From Azolla caroliniana (taxonomy: Eukaryota > Plantae > Polypodiophyta): a DNA stretch of 35,579 nt. The stretch covers positions 1 to 35,579 of the forward strand of contig JBHGNT010000314.1 in NCBI GenBank assembly GCA_043228905.1, given 5' to 3'. How positions within the stretch are numbered: the stretch's first letter is position 1; each line of letters starts with the position of its first letter. Positions 10,657 through 20,946 of this stretch are shown one piece after another. The position numbers and the translations under genes were made by a program. The notes below the pieces were generated by a model, which saw only the letters and a program-made list of their open reading frames with translations, made no database searches and had not been told where the DNA came from.

Positions 10657-13600
10657 ATGGAAGGCGGCAACATCGGGCAGCCGGGGATGATAGTGCTAAA
10701 TGCGCAGAACTATGCCGACTGGAAGATAAAGATGGAGGATCTGCTCATTGTTCGGGACCTGTATGAACCGATCGACAGGTCGGAAATACCCAAGGGGGTA
10801 CTTGAGACGGAATGGAGGCTTCTGAACCGGAAAGCCGTTGCAACCATTCGGCAATACGTCGACGTGAGCGTTCTACAACATGTGGCGAACGACACCAACG
10901 CATATGAGATGTGGCAGAAGCTGTCGGGCCTCTACGAGAGGAAGAATGCGTTGAACCGGACCTCCCTGATGAGGAAGATAGTGAACCTCAAGTACCGGGA
11001 CGGCGAGAGTATGGTGGAACACGTAAGCACGTTCATGGGATTCGTGAACCAGCTTGCGGCGATCAAGTTCCCGTTGGAGGATGCAATGCAAGCCATCATC
11101 CTGATGTGTACATTGCCGGCAAGCTGGGAGAACTTGGTGGTGACTCTCAGCACCTCCTGCACCGAAGATAACCTGTCCCTACAAACGGTAAAGACAAGCA
11201 TTTTGAACGAAGAAGCGCGTCGGAGAGATAAAGAACCGGCCTCCGATCCGAAGATGCTGCTTGCCGAATCGGATCGGGGAAGACAACGGAACCGGAGTCC
11301 GCAAAGACGGGAGAAGTCGGGGACCCGGTCGCAGTCAAGAGGAAGGCCCACATGCTTCCACTGTGGGAAGCCGGGGCACTTCCGAAAGAATTGTCGGCAT
11401 TACCGAAAAGACAACGGAGCCGACGACACCGATTCGAAGAAGTCTTCGGAACGGAACGGTGCTTACCGGGGAGCCACGGACCGGAATGGTTCGGATCGGC
11501 GAGGGCAGGACCGGAAAGGAACGACGGCACTCGCGGCAAGTGAAGAGGAGATCATGCTCATCACCGAAGAAGGTGAACTAAACATTGCCGGCGATGAGAC
11601 TACCTGGGTGGTCGATTCCGGAGCGTCGTTCCACCTGACCCCAGAAAGAAGATACTTCTTATCCTACAGAGCCGGTGAGCATGGCTGTGTTCGGATGGGA
11701 AATGAAGGTACGTGCCGGATTGCCGGCATAGGAGACGTGTGGTTGACAACCTCGACCGGATGCAAAATGTTGCTGAAGGATGTCCGACACGTTCCGGAGG
11801 TTCGATTGAACCTAATTTCAGCCGGGAGGCTAGACGATGAAGGCTACACAGGTAGCATCCGGAACGGCGTAATGAAGTTTAGCAAGGGGAGCCTGATAGT
11901 GGCTCGGGCCCGGAAAGTCAACACACTGTACCTTATGAATGCCTGGTTGTGTCCAGAGGAGTTGAACGTGGCAGCTGACACTGCCGGTGAGCTGTGGCAC
12001 AAGAGACTGTGCCACATGAGTGAGAAGGGGATGAATAGGCTTGCAGAAGACAACCTTATTCCAGTGAAGCATGTGCACCTGGAGAAGTGCACCGATTGCC
12101 TAGCCGGTAAGCAGAACCGAACCTCCTTCCACTCAAGGCCACCGACGAGACGTAGCACACCATTGGAGTTGGTGCACACTGACGTGTGTCAAGTAGAAAC
12201 GAAGTCACATGGCGGAGCCCAGTACTTCGTGACATTCATTGATGACCATAGCCGGAAGTTGTGGACGGCACCGCTGAAGACAAAGGACCAAGTGTTGTGC
12301 GTCTTCAAAGAACTCCACGCGAGAGTGGAAAGGGAATCCGGCAAGAAGCTGAAAGCAATACGAGCGGACAACGGAGGGGAATACCGAGGGCAGTTCGAGG
12401 AGTATTGTCGCTCGAAGGGAATCTGGCTCGAGTTTACTGTGCCGAAGACGCCGGAACTGAACGGGCTGGCCGAGAGGATGAACCAGACCATAATGGAGAG
12501 GGTCCGGAGTATGCTGGCGCATGCAAAATTACCCAAGGGGTTTTGGGCTGAGGTAATGTCGACGGCGACATACGTGATAAACAGATCACCCTCAGTACCT
12601 TTGGACGGAGAGACGCCGCAGAGAGTGTGGACCGGTAGGGAAGTATCCTACCGGCATCTGAAGGTGTTCGGGTGTCTCGCATATGTGCATGTGGCAAAGG
12701 ACCGGAGAGGAAAGCTAGATCCAAAGACCCGGCCATGCATATTCCTCGGTTACGGCGATGACGAGTTCGGCTACCGAGTATGGGACCCGGTCGACAAAAA
12801 GATATTCCGGAGTCGTGATATCATCTTCATGGAGGACAAGACACTCGCCGACTGGGAGTCGGAGAAGAAGATGAAGAGCTCCAAGTCGACTGGTGAGGAT
12901 CAACTCTACGAGGAGCAGTCCCGACCGGCAAGGGACCGGTTAGCACTCGAGGATCCGGCCGAAGACGGTGAAGAAACAGAACCGGCCGAGGAAGATGAAA
13001 CTGATACCGGAACCGGCCCCGATCCCGAAATGGATTCGGATGAAGAGGAAACGGAGGAGCCGGTTACCGAAGCTCCGGAACGGAGATATCCTCTAAGAGA
13101 GAGAAGGGCCCCCCGAAGATTTCCGGAACCAGAGCACGTGCTGCTAACCGACGAGGGGGAGCCGGAGAGTTTTGAAGAAGCAAAGCTTGACACCCATAGC
13201 CGTAGGTGGTTAAGTGCCATGCAGGAGGAGATGGATTCCCTGCATGAGAACCACACATATGAACTTGTGGAGTTGCCGAAAGGAAAGCGGGCACTTCGAA
13301 ACAAGTGGGTGTTCAAGCTGAAACCGGGAGATGCCGGAAACCCCCCGAGATACAAAGCCAGGATCGTGGTGAAGGGGTTCCAGCAGAAGAAGGGCGTCGA
13401 CTTCGACGAGATATTTGCCCCGGTAGTGAAGATGACCTCCATCCGGACGGTGCTGAGCATAGCGGCAAGCATGGACCTCGAGGTAGAACAGATGGACGTG
13501 AAGACGGCATTCCTTCACGGTGACCTCGAAGAAGAGATCTACATGCAGCAACCGGAAGGATTCGAGAAGAAAGGGAAGGAGCACCTGGTATGCCGGTTGA

Positions 13601-14730
13601 AGAAGAGCCTTTACGGACTGAAGCAGGCTCCCCGGCAATGGTACTGGAAGTTCGACTCTTTCATGACCGACGAAGGGTACCACAAAACGCAGTCCGATCA
13701 CTGCGTGTTTGTGAAGAAGTTCGAAGGAGGAGACTTTCTAATACTTCTCCTGTACGTGGACGACATGTTGATCGTCGGACGAGACCAGGTCAAGATACGG
13801 ATGCTGAAGAAAGCGCTTCACCGAACCTTCTCAATGAAGGACCTGGGTCCGGCGAGGCAAATACTAAGGATGCACATCATCCGGGACCGGAAGAAGAAGC
13901 AGTTGTGGCTGTCACAGGAGAAGTACGTGACAAAGGTGCTTCACCGGTTCAACATGTCGGAAGCAAGACCGGTCGGGTCAACCCTCCCGGCAAACTGCAA
14001 GTTGTCCAGCAAGCAAAGCCCCAAGACAAAGGCTGAGAAGGAGGAAATGATGAAAGTACCATATGCCTCTGCCGTCGGAAGCTTGATGTATGCAATGGTG
14101 TGTACAAGACCGGACATAGGATATGCAGTCGGAGTGGTGAGCCGGTACATGAGCAATCCCGACAAAGAGCACTGGAACGCGGCCAAGTGGATACTCCGAT
14201 ACCTGAAGGGCACGGCAAACGTGTGCCTCCGATTCGGCTCCGGTAAGCCCGAACTCGACGGCTTTACCGATTCGGATATGTCGGCTGATGCAGATACCAG
14301 CCGGTCCACATCAGGGTATGTGATGACGTATGCAGGGGGAGCTGTATCGTGGCAGTCGAGGCTGCAGAAGACGGTTGCGTTGTCAACCACGGAGGCGGAG
14401 TACATGGCGGCTGTTGAAGCCGGCAAGGAAATAATATGGATGAAGGACTTCATTAGAGAGCTCGGTATCCGGCAGGAGGAGTACCGACTCTACTGCGACA
14501 GTCAGAGTGCCATCCACCTTGCGAAGAATGCGGCCTATCACTCCCGGACGAAGCACATCCAGCGAAGATATCACTGGATCCGGGAAAGGATAGAAGACCA
14601 GGAGTTCGTGCTGACGAAGATCCACACGGACGAGAACGGGTCAGATATGCTGACCAAAGTGCTCACACCCGACAAGCTGGAAGCGTGCCGGAAGAGGGTC
14701 GGACTGGAAAGACATCCCATGCCGAAGTGA
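10657..14730 (+). CDS. Element C gag-pol polyprotein (1357 aa), uninterrupted
   Basis: CCHC knuckle CFHCGKPGHFRKNC, protease WVVDSGAS, integrase WHKRLCH..CTDC, HTD..RADNGGEY..NGLAER, GKLDPK, RT QMDVKTAFLHG and YVDD, RNase H DSD..TEAEY..CDSQSA. First ATG after the PBS is at 10657. Confidence 0.97.
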   Translation: MEGGNIGQPGMIVLNAQNYADWKIKMEDLLIVRDLYEPIDRSEIPKGVLETEWRLLNRKAVATIRQYVDVSVLQHVANDTNAYEMWQKLSGLYERKNALNRTSLMRKIVNLKYRDGESMVEHVSTFMGFVNQLAAIKFPLEDAMQAIILMCTLPASWENLVVTLSTSCTEDNLSLQTVKTSILNEEARRRDKEPASDPKMLLAESDRGRQRNRSPQRREKSGTRSQSRGRPTCFHCGKPGHFRKNCRHYRKDNGADDTDSKKSSERNGAYRGATDRNGSDRRGQDRKGTTALAASEEEIMLITEEGELNIAGDETTWVVDSGASFHLTPERRYFLSYRAGEHGCVRMGNEGTCRIAGIGDVWLTTSTGCKMLLKDVRHVPEVRLNLISAGRLDDEGYTGSIRNGVMKFSKGSLIVARARKVNTLYLMNAWLCPEELNVAADTAGELWHKRLCHMSEKGMNRLAEDNLIPVKHVHLEKCTDCLAGKQNRTSFHSRPPTRRSTPLELVHTDVCQVETKSHGGAQYFVTFIDDHSRKLWTAPLKTKDQVLCVFKELHARVERESGKKLKAIRADNGGEYRGQFEEYCRSKGIWLEFTVPKTPELNGLAERMNQTIMERVRSMLAHAKLPKGFWAEVMSTATYVINRSPSVPLDGETPQRVWTGREVSYRHLKVFGCLAYVHVAKDRRGKLDPKTRPCIFLGYGDDEFGYRVWDPVDKKIFRSRDIIFMEDKTLADWESEKKMKSSKSTGEDQLYEEQSRPARDRLALEDPAEDGEETEPAEEDETDTGTGPDPEMDSDEEETEEPVTEAPERRYPLRERRAPRRFPEPEHVLLTDEGEPESFEEAKLDTHSRRWLSAMQEEMDSLHENHTYELVELPKGKRALRNKWVFKLKPGDAGNPPRYKARIVVKGFQQKKGVDFDEIFAPVVKMTSIRTVLSIAASMDLEVEQMDVKTAFLHGDLEEEIYMQQPEGFEKKGKEHLVCRLKKSLYGLKQAPRQWYWKFDSFMTDEGYHKTQSDHCVFVKKFEGGDFLILLLYVDDMLIVGRDQVKIRMLKKALHRTFSMKDLGPARQILRMHIIRDRKKKQLWLSQEKYVTKVLHRFNMSEARPVGSTLPANCKLSSKQSPKTKAEKEEMMKVPYASAVGSLMYAMVCTRPDIGYAVGVVSRYMSNPDKEHWNAAKWILRYLKGTANVCLRFGSGKPELDGFTDSDMSADADTSRSTSGYVMTYAGGAVSWQSRLQKTVALSTTEAEYMAAVEAGKEIIWMKDFIRELGIRQEEYRLYCDSQSAIHLAKNAAYHSRTKHIQRRYHWIRERIEDQEFVLTKIHTDENGSDMLTKVLTPDKLEACRKRVGLERHPMPK

Positions 14731-15158
14731 AGGGGGAGTTTGTTGGGATTACGGTCTCTCCGGATGGGATGGTCAGATGTCCGGGAATCGGGAATGAAGA
14801 CCCGAACGAGGAGTACCCGGTATCGGAGCCGGATGATGAAGACCCGGTTCCGGATCTGGATGATGAAGACCCCGGCTACGGAGCCGGATGATGAATGTAC
14901 CCGGAGAGAGATCCGGATGCGGGGACATATTTGTGAATATGTTTGCCAAGGGCCCTTGAGGCTATATTTGTAAATAGCCCGAAAGTCATATGTGTATAAA
15001 TATGACTTAGGGCAAACAGTTTTGTTGTTGCTCATTTTTCTGTTTTCCACTTAGAGGGAGCGAAGTGAGAGCAGCCGAGAGATAGATAGATAGATAGATA
15101 GATTATATTATCGTCTTCGGAGATCAAATATGACCTATGAGACCAAAAATATTACATT

Positions 15159-15995
15159 TCACGTGATACGTGTGAAAGTGAGTAGTGACTCTCGATATTC
15201 AAGAACTTTACCAATGAATGTTGCAATCGAGAGTGCACATTGTGGTTGTGAGAGGAATTCATGCAAAGATTGGGCTCGATCGAAGAGATGTGGAAAGCAT
15301 GGTCGAATATGGTCAAAGGCAGAGCATTGTATCAAAGTGTGATACTCAGACTCGCGAACTTGTTTAGGGCAAAGTGTGCATAGCCGACCACTCTCATCAC
15401 TTGTACCCCAACGCCCTGTTTCACATCGCAATGCATGTGAGCTAAGTCGCATGGAAGCAATGGTTCGAATGGCAGATAACGGTATGGGCTCTAACATGTA
15501 TGGATGTGTACGATTTCCCCGTTCCGCAAAGTATATGGTTTTGTAGTTAGGTGCAACATGTGTAGTATAATGTGTGAAGCGTGAGCCTCCACATTTGTCC
15601 CATGTCATGATACATTGGCGTTGCAAAAATGCCTCATTTACAGAGGAATCTAATGATGCATCATGAAGCAAGTGTCTCGCATCCCATCTACCAAACCATT
15701 TTTCTGTATCTTGCATCCAACCGGAACACAAAATTTTGCTTTTATGTGTCTTTTGGATCTTTTTGCTTGCTTCCCACGCAATTCTAGGAAGTCGATGTGA
15801 GGGACTTTTTTGAACCTTAAGCATGTATTCAACAACCCTTTCCATGGCCATGATCTCAATGGGAAGCGATCCCGTCTCAAGGAGGAGGAGGGTGTAAGGC
15901 GTTTGTTTCTTAACTTGTAGAAACTTGGTAAGAAAATGCTTTTGGACATTTTCAAACTCTTTCCACATAGACTTAGGGATGCTACCGCCCCATAC
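15159..15995 (-). pseudogene. LINE ORF2 C-terminal part with CCHC zinc finger
   Basis: VWGGSIP..LLLLETGSLPIE..RLSSHALRCETGRW..RLCTLCPKQVRESEYHTLIQC. Joins in frame to LLYGVE at 20947 once 15996-20946 is removed. Confidence 0.9.
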
Positions 15996-16002
15996 TACAC
16001 TT

Positions 16003-19000
16003 TGTTGAGCACAGAGCTCGGCCACAACCAAGGAATATGATTAACTCACAGAAAACAGGAAATACAAAAAAATTAACTCGGCCACAACCAAGAAAGCCGG
16101 GGCACTTCCGTAGCCGCAACCGGGCTTGCCGTCATTCATCTCCGGACATCCCATCCGGAGGGACCGAAATCCCAACAAACTCCCCCTTCACTTCGGCATG
16201 GGATGTCTCTCCAATCCGATCCTCTTCCGGCATGCTTCCAGCTTGTCGGGTGTGAGCACTTTGGTCAGCATATCTGAGCCGTTCTCGTTCGTGTGGATCT
16301 TCGTCAGCACGAACTCCTGGTCTTCTATCCTTTCCCGGATCCAGTGATATCTTCGCTGGATGTGCTTCGTCCGGGAGTGATAGGCCGCGTTCTTCGCAAG
16401 GTGGATGGCACTCTGACTATCGCAGTAGAGTCGGTACTCCTCCTGCCGTATCCCGAGCTCTCTAATGAAGTCCTTCATCCATATTACTTCCTTGCCGGCT
16501 TCAACAGCCGCCATGTACTCCGCCTCCGTGGTTGACAACGCAACCGTCTTCTGCAGCCTCGACTGCCATGAAACAACTCCCCCTGCATACGTCATCACAT
16601 ACCCTGATGTGGACCGGCTGGTATCTGCATCAGCCGACATATCCGAATCGGTGAAGCCATCGAGTTCGGACTTACCGGAGCCGAATCGGAGGCACACGTT
16701 TGCCGTGCCCTTCAGGTATCGGAGTATCCACTTGACTGCGTTCCAGTGCTCTTTGCCGGGATTGCTCATGTACCGGCTCACCACTCCGACTGCATATCCT
16801 ATGTCCGGTCTCGTACAGACCATGGCGTACATCAAGCTCCCGACGGCTGAGGCATACGGCACTTTCATCATATCCTCCTTTCCAGCCTTTGTCTTGGGAC
16901 TTTGCTTGCTGGACAGCTTGCAGTTTGCCGGGAGGGTCGATCCGACCGGTCTTGCTTCCGACATGTTGAACCGGTGAAGCACCTTTGTCACGTACTTCTC
17001 CTGTGACAGCCACAACTGCTTCTTCTTCCGGTCCCGGATGATGTGCATCCCTAGTATTTGCCTCGCCGGACCCAGGTCCTTCATTGAGAAGGTTCGGTGA
17101 AGAGCCTTCTTCAGCACTTGTATCCTGACCTGGTCCCGTCCGACGATCAACATGTCGTCCACGTACAGGAGGAGTATTAGAGAGTCTCCTCCTTCGAACT
17201 TCTTCACAAACACGCAGTGATCAGACTGCGTTTTGTGGTACCCTTCGTCGGTCATGAAGGAGTCGAACTTCCGGTACCATTGCCGGGGAGCCTGCTTCAG
17301 TCCGTAAAGGCTCTTCTTCAACCGGCATACCAGGTGCTCCTTCCCTTTCTTCTCGAATCCTTCCGGTTGCTGCATGTAGATCTCTTCTTCAAGGTCGCCG
17401 TGAAGGAATGCCGTCTTCACGTCCATCTGTTCTACCTCGAGGTCCATGCTTGCCGCTATGCTCAGCACCGTCCGGATGGAGGTCATCTTCACTACCGGGG
17501 CAAATATTTCGTCGAAGTCGACGCCCTTCTTCTGCTGAAACCCCTTCACCACGATCCTGGCTTTGTATCTCGGGGGGTTTCCGGCATCTCCCGGTTTCAG
17601 CTTGAACACCCACTTGTTTCGAAGTGCCCGCTTTCCTTTTGGCAACTCCACAAGTTCATATGTATGGTTCTCATGCAGGGAATCCATCTCGTCCTGCATG
17701 GCACTCAACCACCTGCGGCTCTGGGTGTCGTGCTTTGCTTCTTCAAAGCTCTCCGGCTCCCCCTCGTCGGTTAGCAGCACGTGCTCTGGATCCGGAAATC
17801 TCCGGGGGGCCCTTCTCTCTCTTAGAGGATATCTCCGTTCCGGAGCTTCGGTAACCGGTTCTTCCGATTCTTCTTCATCCGAATCCATTTCGGGATCGGG
17901 GCCGATTCCGGTATCACTTTCATCTTCTTCGGCCGGTTCTGTTTCTTCACCGTCTTCGGCCGGGTCCTCGAGTGCTAACCGGTTCCTTGCCGGTCGGGAC
18001 TGCTCCTCGTAGAGTTGATCCTCACCGGTCGACTTGGAGCTCTTCATCTTCTTCTCCGACTCCCAGTCGGCGAGTGTCTTGTCCTCCATGAAGATGATGT
18101 CTCGACTCCTGAATATCTTCTTGTCGACCGGGTCCCATACTCGGTAGCCGAACTCGTCGTCGCCGTAACCGAGGAATATGCATGGCCGGGTCTTCGGATC
18201 TAGCTTTCCTCTCCGGTCCTTTGCCACATGCACGTATGCGAGACACCCGAACACCTTCAGATGCCGGTAAGATATTTCCCTACCGGTCCACACTCTCTGC
18301 GGCGTGTCTCCGTCCAAAGGTACTGAGGGTGATCGGTTTATCACATATGTCGCCGTCGACATTGCCTCAGCCCAAAACCCCTTGGGTAATTTCGCATGCG
18401 CCAGCATACTCCGGACCCTCTCCATTATGGTCCGGTTCATCCTCTCGGCCAGCCCGTTCAGTTCCGGCGTCTTCGGCACAGTAAACTCGAGTCGGATTCC
18501 CTTCGAGCGACAGTACTCCTGGAACTGCCCCCGGTATTCCCCTCCGTTATCCGCTCGTATCGCTTTCAGCTTCTTGCCGGATTCCCTTTCCACTCTCGCG
18601 TGAAGTTCTTTGAAGACGCACAACACTTGGTCCTTTGTCTTCAACGGTGCCGTCCACAGCTTCCGGCTGTGGTCATCAATGAATGTCACGAAGTACTGGG
18701 CTCCGCCATGTGACTTCGTTTCTACTTGACACACGTCAGTGTGCACCAGCTCCAATGGTGCGCTACGTCTCGTCGGTGGCCTTGAGTGGAAGGAGGTTCG
18801 GTTCTGCTTACCGGCCAGGCAATCGGTGCACTTCTCCAGGTGCACATGCTTCACTGGAATAAGGTTGTCTTCTGCAAGCCTCTTCATCCCCTTCTCACTC
18901 ATGTGGCACAGTCTTTTGTGCCACAGCTCACCGGCAGTGTCGGCTGCCACATTCAGCTCCTCCGGACATAGCCGGGAATTCATGAGGTACAATGTGTTGA

Positions 19001-20946
19001 TCTTCCGGGCCCGAGCCACTATCAGGCTCCCTTTGCTGAACTTCATGACACCGTTCCGGATGCTACCCGTGTAGCCTTCATCGTCTAGCCTCCCGGCCGA
19101 AATCAGGTTCAATCGAACCTCCGGAACGTGTCGGACATCCTTCAGCAGCATCTTGCATCCGGTTGATGTTATCAGCCACACGTCTCCTATGCCGGCAATC
19201 CGGCATGTTCCTTCATTTCCCATCCGGACACAGCCATGCTCTCCGGCTGTGTAGGATGAGAAGTATCTTCTCTCCGGGGTCAGGTGGAACGACGCTCCGG
19301 AATCGACCACCCAGGTCATCTCTTCACCGGCAAGGTTCAGCTCCCTCTCTTCGGTAATGAGCATTATCTCTTCTTCACTTGCCGCAAGTGCCGTTGTTCC
19401 TTTCCGGTCCTGTCCTCGCCGATCCGGACCTCTCCGGTCCGTGGCTCCCTGGTATGCACCGTTTCTCTCCGGTGACATCTTCGAATCGGTGTCGTCGGCT
19501 CCGTTGCCTTTTCGGTAATGCCGACAATTCTTCCGGAAGTGCCCCGGCTTCCCACAGTGGAAGCATGTGGGCCTTCCTCTTGACTGCGACCGGGTCCCCG
19601 ACTTCTCCCGTCTTTGCGGACTCCGGTTCCATTGTCTTCCCCGATCCGATTCGGTAAGCAGCGCCTTCGAGTCGGAGGCCGGTTCTTTATCTCTCCGACG
19701 CGCTTCTTCGTTCAAAATACTTGTCTTTACCGTTTGTAAGGACAAGTTATCTTCGGTGCAGGAGGTGCTGAGAGTCACCACCAAGTTCTCCCAGCTTTCC
19801 GGCAATGTACACATCAGGATGATGGCTTGCATTGCATCCTCCAACGGGAACTTGATCGCCGCAAGCTGATTCACGAATCCCATGAACGTGCTTACGTGTT
19901 CAACCATACTCTCGCCGTCCCGGTACTTGAGGTTCACTATCTTCCTCATCAGGGAGGTCCGGTTCAACGCATTCTTCCTCTCGTAGAGGCCCGACAGCTT
20001 CTTCCACATCTCATATGCGTTGGTGTCGTTCGCCACATGTTGTAGGACGCTTACATCGACATATTGTCGGATCGTCGCTACGGCTTTCCGGTTCAGGAGC
20101 TTCCACTCCGACTCAAGTACTCCCTTCGGTATTTCCGACCTGTCAATCGGTTCGTACAGGTCCCGAACAATAAGAAGATCTTCCATCTTGATCTTCCAGT
20201 CGGCGTAGTTCTGCGCATTCAGCACCATCATGCCCGGAGGCCCACTACCGCCGCCTTCCATTTTCTGTGTTACCGTCGCTCTGATACCACTTTGTTGAGC
20301 ACAGCGCTCGGCCACAACCAAGGAATATGATTAACTCACAGAAAACAGGAAATACAAAATGCACCGTTCAGTAGAGAGAAGAGTACACTGGATGTTTTAC
20401 GTGGAAAACCCTATATGGGAAAAACCACGGGAGTCCTCAAACTCCAACTATCACTACAAACAAAGATGTACAATGGTGAGGCTACAAGGCAACAACCTTG
20501 AGCTCACTGTCTTCGCCACAGGCGGCGGTAATACACAGAGGCAACGACCTCTTCGTCTCTCTCTCTCTCGGCTGCTCTCACTTCGCTCTCTCTGCTGAAA
20601 ACATAAAATGAGCAACAGTCAACAAACTGTTTGCCCTAAGTCATATTTATACACATATGACTTTCGGGCTATTTACAAATATAGCCTCAAGGGCTCTTGG
20701 CAAACATATTCACAAATATGTCCCCGCATCCGGATCTCTCTCCGGGTACATTCGTCATCCGGCTCCGTAACCGGGGTCTTCAGCATCCGGCTCCGTAGCC
20801 GGGGTCTTCATCATCCGGCTCCGTAGCCGGGGTATTCATCATCCGGCTCCGTAACCGGGGTCTTCAGCATCCGGCTCCGTAGCCGCAACCGGGCTTGCCG
20901 TCATTCATCTCCGGACATCCCATCCGGAGGGACCGAAATCCCAACA
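16003..20946 (-). mobile_element. Element D: Tnt1-like Ty1/copia of C's family, innermost layer, aberrant 3' end
   Basis: 5' LTR 20293-20946, PBS 20278-20289, PPT 16178-16189. The 3' LTR is reduced to 16003-16177 with an internal deletion and filler. No 5 bp TSD. Confidence 0.96.
16188..20261 (-). CDS. Element D gag-pol polyprotein (1357 aa), uninterrupted
   Basis: Same domains, length and termini (MEGG..LERHPMPK) as C, and highly similar throughout. ATG at 20261 follows the PBS. Confidence 0.97.
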   Translation of the reverse strand: MEGGGSGPPGMMVLNAQNYADWKIKMEDLLIVRDLYEPIDRSEIPKGVLESEWKLLNRKAVATIRQYVDVSVLQHVANDTNAYEMWKKLSGLYERKNALNRTSLMRKIVNLKYRDGESMVEHVSTFMGFVNQLAAIKFPLEDAMQAIILMCTLPESWENLVVTLSTSCTEDNLSLQTVKTSILNEEARRRDKEPASDSKALLTESDRGRQWNRSPQRREKSGTRSQSRGRPTCFHCGKPGHFRKNCRHYRKGNGADDTDSKMSPERNGAYQGATDRRGPDRRGQDRKGTTALAASEEEIMLITEERELNLAGEEMTWVVDSGASFHLTPERRYFSSYTAGEHGCVRMGNEGTCRIAGIGDVWLITSTGCKMLLKDVRHVPEVRLNLISAGRLDDEGYTGSIRNGVMKFSKGSLIVARARKINTLYLMNSRLCPEELNVAADTAGELWHKRLCHMSEKGMKRLAEDNLIPVKHVHLEKCTDCLAGKQNRTSFHSRPPTRRSAPLELVHTDVCQVETKSHGGAQYFVTFIDDHSRKLWTAPLKTKDQVLCVFKELHARVERESGKKLKAIRADNGGEYRGQFQEYCRSKGIRLEFTVPKTPELNGLAERMNRTIMERVRSMLAHAKLPKGFWAEAMSTATYVINRSPSVPLDGDTPQRVWTGREISYRHLKVFGCLAYVHVAKDRRGKLDPKTRPCIFLGYGDDEFGYRVWDPVDKKIFRSRDIIFMEDKTLADWESEKKMKSSKSTGEDQLYEEQSRPARNRLALEDPAEDGEETEPAEEDESDTGIGPDPEMDSDEEESEEPVTEAPERRYPLRERRAPRRFPDPEHVLLTDEGEPESFEEAKHDTQSRRWLSAMQDEMDSLHENHTYELVELPKGKRALRNKWVFKLKPGDAGNPPRYKARIVVKGFQQKKGVDFDEIFAPVVKMTSIRTVLSIAASMDLEVEQMDVKTAFLHGDLEEEIYMQQPEGFEKKGKEHLVCRLKKSLYGLKQAPRQWYRKFDSFMTDEGYHKTQSDHCVFVKKFEGGDSLILLLYVDDMLIVGRDQVRIQVLKKALHRTFSMKDLGPARQILGMHIIRDRKKKQLWLSQEKYVTKVLHRFNMSEARPVGSTLPANCKLSSKQSPKTKAGKEDMMKVPYASAVGSLMYAMVCTRPDIGYAVGVVSRYMSNPGKEHWNAVKWILRYLKGTANVCLRFGSGKSELDGFTDSDMSADADTSRSTSGYVMTYAGGVVSWQSRLQKTVALSTTEAEYMAAVEAGKEVIWMKDFIRELGIRQEEYRLYCDSQSAIHLAKNAAYHSRTKHIQRRYHWIRERIEDQEFVLTKIHTNENGSDMLTKVLTPDKLEACRKRIGLERHPMPK

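Noticed and set aside
10710-20330. Many short overlapping/antisense ORFs within C and D
   Set aside because: Expected shadows of GC-rich gag-pol. Their recurrence in both elements only reflects C/D similarity.
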